DNA of 44,940 nucleotides from a virus: the IMG/VR virus record IMGVR_UViG_3300048836_000035. One strand, given 5' to 3'. The notes below the pieces were generated by a model. The model was not told the DNA's origin. It did not search any database and saw only the letters and a program-made list of their open reading frames with translations. Made by a program: the position numbers and the translations under genes. This document shows positions 38,907 through 44,940 of this stretch, piece after piece. Position 1 is the first letter of the stretch; each line of letters starts with the position of its first letter.

Positions 38907-40180
38907 TGCGCGTAAGTTTGCACGACAAACAGGCTGAGATCTTCTATGATCCGACCCGGTTCAAGGTCGTGGCAGCTGGACGACGCTTCGGCAAGTCCTA
39001 TCTCGCAGCAGTTACTCTCTTCGTAGAGGCCTCCAAGACCTCCAAGGTCCGGTCAGATGGTGTTACCGTCGATCTGGCCTTGGAGGAAGTATACTACGTA
39101 GCCCCCACGTTCGACCAAGGCAAGAAGATCCTGTGGCCCCTCCTCAAGGAACTCGGCCACGAGTTGATCGCCAACAAGTGGGAGAACACCGGGGAGCTAC
39201 TGCTCATCAACGGGCGTCGTATCTCGATCAAGGGATCGGATAGGCCCGACTCTCTCCGTGGCGTAGGCTTGTCCTACGTCGTCATGGACGAATATGCGTT
39301 CATGAAGGAAGAGGTGTGGGAACTGATCATCAGCCCAGCCCTCACGCGCACTGAGGGCGGTGCCTTGTTCATCGGTACCCCCGATGGCAAGAACCACTTT
39401 TACACGCTGTACCGGCGTGGCCTGTCCGGTGATCCGGACTGGAAGTCGTGGCACTTCGCCTCAGAGACCAACCCCTTCCTGCCTAGGAAGGAGATCGAAA
39501 TGGCTCGGGGCCGCATGGCCCTTGACCGGTACAAGCAGGAGTACGAGGCGTCGTTCGAGGGTGGCGCTGGTATCGTCCTCACTCGGGACATGTTCCCGAT
39601 TGTCGACACGATCCCGTCCCCCGGCGATTACTACGTCGCGTGCGACTTGGCAGGGTTCGAGGCCACAGAGGGTGGCCGGAAGCTTGCTCGACTGGACGAC
39701 CACGCTATCGCGGTTGTCCTGAATCACCAAGGTGGGTGGTGCATCACGGACATCATCCACGGCCAGTGGGACACCAGAGAGACGGCTCTCCGCATCGTTA
39801 AGGCATATCGGGACAACCGTCCCAACCTGCTAGGGATCGAGAAGGGCATGAGCCGCAACGCGGTGATGCCGTACTTGGCCGACGAGATGAACCGGTTGGG
39901 GATCTTCTTCACCCCGCAGGACGTTACCCACGGCAACAACAAGAAGACGGACCGCATCGCTTGGGCGCTGCAAGGTCGTGCCGAGAAGGGCCGGATCCAA
40001 CTGCTGAGAGGCAAGTGGAACGCCGCCTTCCTTGAGCAGGCGGAGGACTTCCCGTCCCCGCAGGCGCACGACGACTTGCTAGACGCAGTTGCGTACATCG
40101 ACCAGCTTTCTGAGCCGTGGTTCGATGGCCCCGACTATGTGGACAACTGGAAACCCATGGACGCTTACGCGGGCTATTAA
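38906..40180 (+). CDS. terL: Terminase large subunit
   Basis: Walker A (AAGRRFGKSY) and Walker B (YVVMDEYAF). Nuclease motifs CDLAGFE...DDHAIAVV and HDDLLDAVAY. Confidence 0.9.
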   Translation: MRVSLHDKQAEIFYDPTRFKVVAAGRRFGKSYLAAVTLFVEASKTSKVRSDGVTVDLALEEVYYVAPTFDQGKKILWPLLKELGHELIANKWENTGELLLINGRRISIKGSDRPDSLRGVGLSYVVMDEYAFMKEEVWELIISPALTRTEGGALFIGTPDGKNHFYTLYRRGLSGDPDWKSWHFASETNPFLPRKEIEMARGRMALDRYKQEYEASFEGGAGIVLTRDMFPIVDTIPSPGDYYVACDLAGFEATEGGRKLARLDDHAIAVVLNHQGGWCITDIIHGQWDTRETALRIVKAYRDNRPNLLGIEKGMSRNAVMPYLADEMNRLGIFFTPQDVTHGNNKKTDRIAWALQGRAEKGRIQLLRGKWNAAFLEQAEDFPSPQAHDDLLDAVAYIDQLSEPWFDGPDYVDNWKPMDAYAGY

Positions 40181-42111
40181 TGAACCAATTTGGCGATAAC
40201 GACAGTCAAGATCGCGGCCCGGACTCGGCAGTAGTCTCGCCAAAGCAGGCTCTACTTGGGTACGTCGTATCCAAGGTGAAGCGTGCAAGGGACGTCCGCG
40301 ACCAGAAGTACGGTACACGATGGGCCGAATACACCCGCCTGTGGCGGGGGTTTTGGGGTTCGGAGGATGCCAGCAACGGATCGGAAAGGTCTAAGCTGAT
40401 TGCTCCTGCCCTCCAGCAGGCCATCGAAATGTCGGTCGCTGAGATCGAAGAGGCTGTCTTCTCGAAGACGGCGTGGTTCGACGTCGACGACGACATCCGG
40501 GATGAGCAGAAGGACGATGCTATCGCCCTCCGGGACCAGCTGCTTGAGGACTTCGAGATCTCGGCAGTGCCAGATTCGATCTCGCAGGTCTTCCTGCTCG
40601 GCTCGCTGTACGGCACCGGCATCGCCAAGATCAACGTCAAGCTTGAAGATGTCAAGCAGATGGGGGAAGACGGCAAGCCCATCATCGACGACAAGGTGGC
40701 TGTCGAGATCAGCCCGGTTCGTCCGGATGAGTTCGTCATTGACCCGTCGGCTACTACGGTGGACGAGGCGCTGTTCTGCGCCCACGAGTTCATCAAGCCG
40801 ATGCACACCATCAAGGAAAAGCAGAAGGCTGGGTTCTACGCCAAGGGCGAGATCACTGCCTACAACGGTCGGAAGACCGGCGACTCTACTGGGACCGGCA
40901 CCACGTCAGGCGTTGATTCGCAAGATGGTGGCGTTCTCATCACTGAGTTCTACGGCAAGGTCCCGGCCAAGTGGGTCGACGGCGCAGAGGAAAAGGACGG
41001 CGAGACGCTCGTCGAGTCCATCGTCACTGTCGCCAACGAGGGCCTTGTGCTTCGGGCTGTTGCCTCGCCCTTCGTCATGAAGGACAGGCCGATTGTTGCC
41101 TACCAGCACGACACGGTGCCCGGAGAGTTCTGGGGTCGTGGCGTAGCCGAGAAGGGTTACAACCCCCAGAAGGCGCTCGACTCGGAGCTTCGTGCCCGTA
41201 TCGACGCTCTTGCGCTCATGACTGCTCCCATGCTGGGAGCCGATATGGGCCGTATGCCGCGCAATCCAGACATGCGCATCCGTCCGGGTAAGGTGTTCTT
41301 CACCCGTGGTCGGCCCTCGGAAGTCATCGAGCCCATCGGATTCAACTCCGCTGGCCTTGCCCTGACGTTCCAGCAGTCGGGCGACCTTGAGCGAATGGTC
41401 CAGATGGGCACAGGCTCCATGGACTCCGCTACTCCGGTCGGCATCAACAGCCGCAACGAGACGGCTGGCGGCATGTCGATGATGCAGAGCGGTATGCTCA
41501 AGCGCAACAAGCGCACGATGCAGAACATCGAGCGCAAGTTCCTTGCCCCGCTGATCCGCCGCAGCTTGTGGCGCTACCAGCAGTTCGATCCTGAGCGGTA
41601 TCCGAAGGACTACAAGTTCGTCGTTCGTGCCAGCATGGGCATCATGGCGAAGGAAGTGGAGCTTTCGCAGCTGACTCAGCTGTTGGGCTACACGCCCCCG
41701 GAGTCCCCGGCCCACTCGATCATCATCAAGGCGATCTTCGAGAACACCTCCTCGTCCGAGAAGGCAGAGCTCAAGCAGGCCATCGAGGCCATGTCGGCTC
41801 CCCCGTCCCCGGAACAGCAGGCCATGCAGCAGAAGCAACAGCAGTTGCAGATTGCTATGCTGGAAGCTGAGCTTGCTGAGAAGCAGGCGAAGGCTCAGGA
41901 GGCTCAGGCTTCCGCCCAGCTGTCGCTGGCTAAGGCGAATCGTGAGGCTGTCCTTGCGGATCTGGAAGACGACAAGGTGGATATCGCGGCAGCCAACGCC
42001 GCAATCGGTGCGCAGAAGGCCCGAATGGCCGACACTCAGAACCAGATCGCGGCTCGCCGCGTAGAGGTCGAGAGGATCAAGGCCCAGAAGGCTACATCAA
42101 GCAGCAAGTAA
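40180..42111 (+). CDS. Portal protein
   Basis: TAATG coupling to terL. 643 aa with a long C-terminal Q/A/E coiled coil. Confidence 0.8.
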   Translation: MNQFGDNDSQDRGPDSAVVSPKQALLGYVVSKVKRARDVRDQKYGTRWAEYTRLWRGFWGSEDASNGSERSKLIAPALQQAIEMSVAEIEEAVFSKTAWFDVDDDIRDEQKDDAIALRDQLLEDFEISAVPDSISQVFLLGSLYGTGIAKINVKLEDVKQMGEDGKPIIDDKVAVEISPVRPDEFVIDPSATTVDEALFCAHEFIKPMHTIKEKQKAGFYAKGEITAYNGRKTGDSTGTGTTSGVDSQDGGVLITEFYGKVPAKWVDGAEEKDGETLVESIVTVANEGLVLRAVASPFVMKDRPIVAYQHDTVPGEFWGRGVAEKGYNPQKALDSELRARIDALALMTAPMLGADMGRMPRNPDMRIRPGKVFFTRGRPSEVIEPIGFNSAGLALTFQQSGDLERMVQMGTGSMDSATPVGINSRNETAGGMSMMQSGMLKRNKRTMQNIERKFLAPLIRRSLWRYQQFDPERYPKDYKFVVRASMGIMAKEVELSQLTQLLGYTPPESPAHSIIIKAIFENTSSSEKAELKQAIEAMSAPPSPEQQAMQQKQQQLQIAMLEAELAEKQAKAQEAQASAQLSLAKANREAVLADLEDDKVDIAAANAAIGAQKARMADTQNQIAARRVEVERIKAQKATSSSK

Positions 42112-42132
42112 CGGTGCAAGTAAGGAGGCCCG

Positions 42133-42378
42133 ATGCTTACACAGGAAGACATCAAGTACTACGACGATTTGGCTTACATGTTCGGCACCGCCGGATGGCG
42201 CAACCTCGTTGACGAGGCGCGCAAGCAGATCTACCACTTCCAAGCGCAGGCCCTTGAGGCCAAGAGTTGGGAAGAGGTCTGCTACCTCCGGGGACAGGCT
42301 GAGCAGTTGGTTCGACTCATCAACTTGCAGGACATGACTACCACCCTGCGAGCGTCGGCTGAGGAAGAGGACGAGTAA
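42133..42378 (+). CDS. Hypothetical protein (81 aa)
   Basis: SD aaggagg. Lies between the portal and scaffold genes. Confidence 0.6.
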   Translation: MLTQEDIKYYDDLAYMFGTAGWRNLVDEARKQIYHFQAQALEAKSWEEVCYLRGQAEQLVRLINLQDMTTTLRASAEEEDE

Positions 42379-42599
42379 TGCCGCTGTACACGTACGCGTG
42401 TGCCAGTGAGCATACAACGGACCTCATCCGCAAGGTCGACGAAAGACACGACCCAGTAGTGTGCGAGGAGTGCGGGAAAACAATGACGCTGGAAGTCCAG
42501 ACGTCGGTGTTCGACCCTCGCATGGGACTGGATCCAAGTTTCCCTTCCGCTTACGACAAGTGGGCTAAGACCCGCACGAAGGCAGGCAAGGGCAGGTAG
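42378..42599 (+). CDS. FmdB-like zinc-ribbon protein
   Basis: MPLYTYACASEH...VVCEECG resembles the CxxC_CxxC_SSSS family, with a degenerate first knuckle. Confidence 0.4.
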   Translation: MPLYTYACASEHTTDLIRKVDERHDPVVCEECGKTMTLEVQTSVFDPRMGLDPSFPSAYDKWAKTRTKAGKGR

Positions 42600-42687
42600 C
42601 CCCCGGAGAATACGCCATCCGGTACCGGGGTTCAATCGGGACAATACACCATTGTGGTGTACCCATGTTTAGGAGCAGTTGTTGACA

Positions 42688-43479
42688 ATGGCTAAGTACG
42701 AAGACTACGTGAAGAGTGACCTTGACGACGAGATCGAGGACGCAGCTGGAAACTCGGAAGAGCGGAAGGAAGCGGTAATCCCCGAACGATTTGTAGGCAA
42801 GACGGCAGAGGAAATCGCCCAGAGCTACGTCGAGCTTGAAAAGCTCAACAGCCGACAGGCACAGGACCTTGGTGCGTTGCGCCGCAGCGTTGACGAGTTG
42901 CTCGCTCTGAAATCACAGGAGTCGAGTGCAGGGGCAGAGGCCACAAGTAAGAAGCCCCTGTCGCTGGACGAGATCTACGAAGACCCGGATGCCAGCATCC
43001 GTAAAGTCGCTCGGGAAGAGTCAAGCGACCGCATCGAGAAGCTCGAACGAGAGCTGTATCAGACGAAGGCAGAGAAGGCCCTTGAGGCATTCACTAAGCA
43101 GTACCCGACTTGGCAGGAAGATGTCAAGGACCCGGCGATGCTGAACTGGATCCGAGAGCGTCCCTACCGCCTCCGCCTTGCCGCAGCTGCCGATCAGGGT
43201 GATCTTGGTGCAGCCGACGAATTGTTCGGCACATACTACGACACTCAGAAGAAGGCCGAGAAGGAAGAGAAGAAGCGTGAGCGAAAGCAGAAAGTTCAGG
43301 CCGCAGGGCTTGAGTCTGCGGGCGCTGGCGTTCCGGAGACCGTCGAACGCTACTCACGTAGCGCGTTGATGGAGAAGCGCATTGCCGCCAAGCGCGGTGA
43401 TGGTGCAGCGGAACGATGGTTAAACGCACATGCAGCTTCCATCCAGCAGGCCTATGCTGAGGGTCGTGTTAATGACTAA
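42688..43479 (+). CDS. Scaffolding protein
   Basis: ATG 42688 follows aggag. Acidic, helical, E/K/A-rich. Lies immediately upstream of the capsid gene. Confidence 0.7.
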   Translation: MAKYEDYVKSDLDDEIEDAAGNSEERKEAVIPERFVGKTAEEIAQSYVELEKLNSRQAQDLGALRRSVDELLALKSQESSAGAEATSKKPLSLDEIYEDPDASIRKVAREESSDRIEKLERELYQTKAEKALEAFTKQYPTWQEDVKDPAMLNWIRERPYRLRLAAAADQGDLGAADELFGTYYDTQKKAEKEEKKRERKQKVQAAGLESAGAGVPETVERYSRSALMEKRIAAKRGDGAAERWLNAHAASIQQAYAEGRVND

Positions 43480-43503
43480 CACACTCTACATAGGTAACAC
43501 ACA

Positions 43504-44496
43504 ATGGCAGGTTTGGGCGGCTCTACGAGCCATGTAACTCTCACGGAAGTCACTGCGGCTTCGCGTACCCGTAGCAACAGCGCATTCGTTCCGGAACTCT
43601 GGAGCGACGAGATCATCGCCACGTACAAGGCGAACCTCGTGATGCCGCAGCTTGTGAACACGATGAACTTCGTGGGCAAGAAGGGCGACACGATCCACAT
43701 CCCGAAGCCGGTTCGCGGTGACGCGTCGGCCAAGGCTGCGGAGACGATGGTCACGCTGATCGCCAATCAGGAGAGCACTAAGCCCTTCTACATCGACCAG
43801 CATTGGGAGTATTCCCGTCTGATCGAGGATATCGTTTCGGTGCAGGCTTCGGACGCTCTCCGTCGCTTCTACACGGACGACGCTGGCTATGCGCTGGCGA
43901 AGAAGGTCGACAGCTTGCTGCACGCTGAGGGTGCGAAGTTTGCCGGTGCCGACGCGGCCCCGACGGTCGAGGGCACGGCGTACTCGAAGGCGGTGATCGG
44001 CACCCCGACGAGCGGTGCTCTGGTTGCGTGGAACCCGGGCGCTAACGCCAACGCGGGTAACGCTGCGACCATTACGGACGAGGGCCTGCGCCTCCTGATC
44101 CAGCAGCTTGACGATAACGACGTCAACTCGATGGGTCGGGTGCTCGTGGTTCCCCCGGTCGAGAAGGCGAAGCTCCTCGGCATCAGCCGGTTCACTGAGC
44201 AGGCGTTTGTCGGCTCGGGCGAGGCGATCAAGAACGGTCGCATCGGCAACCTGTACGGGGTCGAGATCTACGTCTCGACGAACTGCCCGACGGTTGCGGA
44301 CACGGGCACTGCGGTTGACCAGCGCGCTGCGCTGTTCTTCCAGAAGGATGCCCTCGTGCTGATCGAGCAGATGCGCCCCCGTAGTCAGAGCCAGTACAAG
44401 CAGGAGTACCTCGCGGACCTGTTCACGGCTGACCTGATCCTCGGCAAGGGCGTTCTGCGTCCGGAAGCTGGCATCGCCATCGTCGTCCCGGCGTAA
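43504..44496 (+). CDS. Major capsid protein
   Basis: 330 aa. Position after the scaffold gene. Composition typical of HK97-fold capsid proteins. Confidence 0.8.
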   Translation: MAGLGGSTSHVTLTEVTAASRTRSNSAFVPELWSDEIIATYKANLVMPQLVNTMNFVGKKGDTIHIPKPVRGDASAKAAETMVTLIANQESTKPFYIDQHWEYSRLIEDIVSVQASDALRRFYTDDAGYALAKKVDSLLHAEGAKFAGADAAPTVEGTAYSKAVIGTPTSGALVAWNPGANANAGNAATITDEGLRLLIQQLDDNDVNSMGRVLVVPPVEKAKLLGISRFTEQAFVGSGEAIKNGRIGNLYGVEIYVSTNCPTVADTGTAVDQRAALFFQKDALVLIEQMRPRSQSQYKQEYLADLFTADLILGKGVLRPEAGIAIVVPA

Positions 44497-44578
44497 CGAA
44501 CTGGGGGAGCCTGCTTGGCTAGGGCCTAGTGCCCGTTCAATGCAGGTTCCCCCTCTACCCTTACACTAGGAGAACACG

Positions 44579-44788
44579 ATGAGTCGAGTTTCTGAGAACC
44601 TCTACAACGCAGCGATTGCGGATGTAGTCGACGCGCTGGACGGCGTGGCCCTCGGAGCGTCTAGCACGCTCACCACGAGCGCTACCCCGACGGTCGACCA
44701 GCTTGAGGCCAATGACGGCGTGCTGGGCGGCAAGATCAATGCCATCCTCGCGGCCCTCCGCGCAGCTGGCGTCATCAAGGCGTCGTAA
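44579..44788 (+). CDS. Small head-associated protein (69 aa)
   Basis: SD aggaga. Followed by a terminator. Confidence 0.55.
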   Translation: MSRVSENLYNAAIADVVDALDGVALGASSTLTTSATPTVDQLEANDGVLGGKINAILAALRAAGVIKAS

Positions 44789-44794
44789 CGGATA

Positions 44795-44830
44795 GCCCCC
44801 CTTCGGGGGGGCCTTCCCCTTTTTCCTTTG
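44795..44830 (+). terminator. Rho-independent terminator after the capsid module
   Basis: gcccccc-ttcg-ggggggc followed by cttcccctttttcctttg. Confidence 0.8.
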
Positions 44831-44940
44831 GAGACCTCATGTCCGTCGAACGACGATATTCGCTGATCCGGCATGAGCACACGATTCAGGACTTTGAAGA
44901 CTGGGGCCTATTAGGCACCACAGCCGATTGGTGGGGCAAG
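44814..44940. repeat. Second copy of the 127-bp terminal duplication (includes a duplicated start of the fibre gene at 44839)
   Basis: Identical to 1-127. Confidence 0.95.

Noticed and set aside
42629-42637. GGTTCAATC, resembling a tRNA T-loop, in the gap before the scaffold gene.
   Set aside because: The flanking bases cannot form a T-stem (GGGG...GGGAC), and no acceptor or anticodon arms can be drawn. I found no tRNA anywhere in the window.
1-44940. A search for lysogeny functions (integrase, CI-like repressor, excisionase) and for a single-subunit RNA polymerase.
   Set aside because: No ORF shows tyrosine or serine recombinase motifs or RNAP motifs, and no unassigned ORF exceeds about 520 aa. 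I therefore describe the phage as probably virulent and dependent on host RNAP. Absence judged by eye is not proof.

Overview
The window is a complete, circularly closed tailed-phage genome. Bases 1-127 are repeated exactly at 44814-44940, giving a unit length of 44,813 bp. Gene content is podovirus-like: T7-supergroup replication genes, an SLT-bearing internal virion protein, and no tape measure. I found no single-subunit phage RNA polymerase, integrase, tRNA or CRISPR array.

Two divergent transcription blocks leave a ~1.4 kb gene-poor control region at about 35.98-37.42 kb.
- The rightward late block runs 37.4 kb to 44.8 kb, wraps around, and ends at 13.4 kb. It carries small-terminase-like, TerL, portal, scaffold, capsid, fibres, tail and internal virion proteins, M15 endolysin, holin-like, LamG and SprT-like genes.
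- The leftward early/middle block runs from 36.3 kb down to 13.6 kb. It starts with tiny translationally coupled genes, then an amidoligase/ATP-grasp/GATase-II/GGCT cassette and a sigma-like regulatory operon. The replication genes follow: primase, DnaB-like helicase, Pol A, SSB-like, FEN and HD. The block ends with endonuclease I and a phosphoesterase.
- The two blocks converge on a hairpin terminator at 13411-13453.

Main hunt results:
1. A 16-bp perfect palindrome, TGTCATACGTATGACA, occurs in 12 full copies plus 2 degenerate or half copies. All lie in the leftward block. Six sit immediately upstream of a downstream Shine-Dalgarno (four of those between a stop codon and that SD), and four sit in frame inside coding regions as V-I-R-M-T.
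2. Eight sites fit the sigma-54 -24/-12 pattern (TGGCAyG-N4-TTGCA) within 570 bp of the control region, on both strands. They lie next to two tandem perfect DnaA boxes. They could equally be origin iterons.
3. A 39-bp bipartite element heads both the replication module and the structural operon. The phage also encodes a sigma-70-family-like protein.
4. An uncharacterised peptide-ligase cassette is translationally coupled and punctuated by the palindrome.

All functional calls come from reading motifs by eye; no database search was run.
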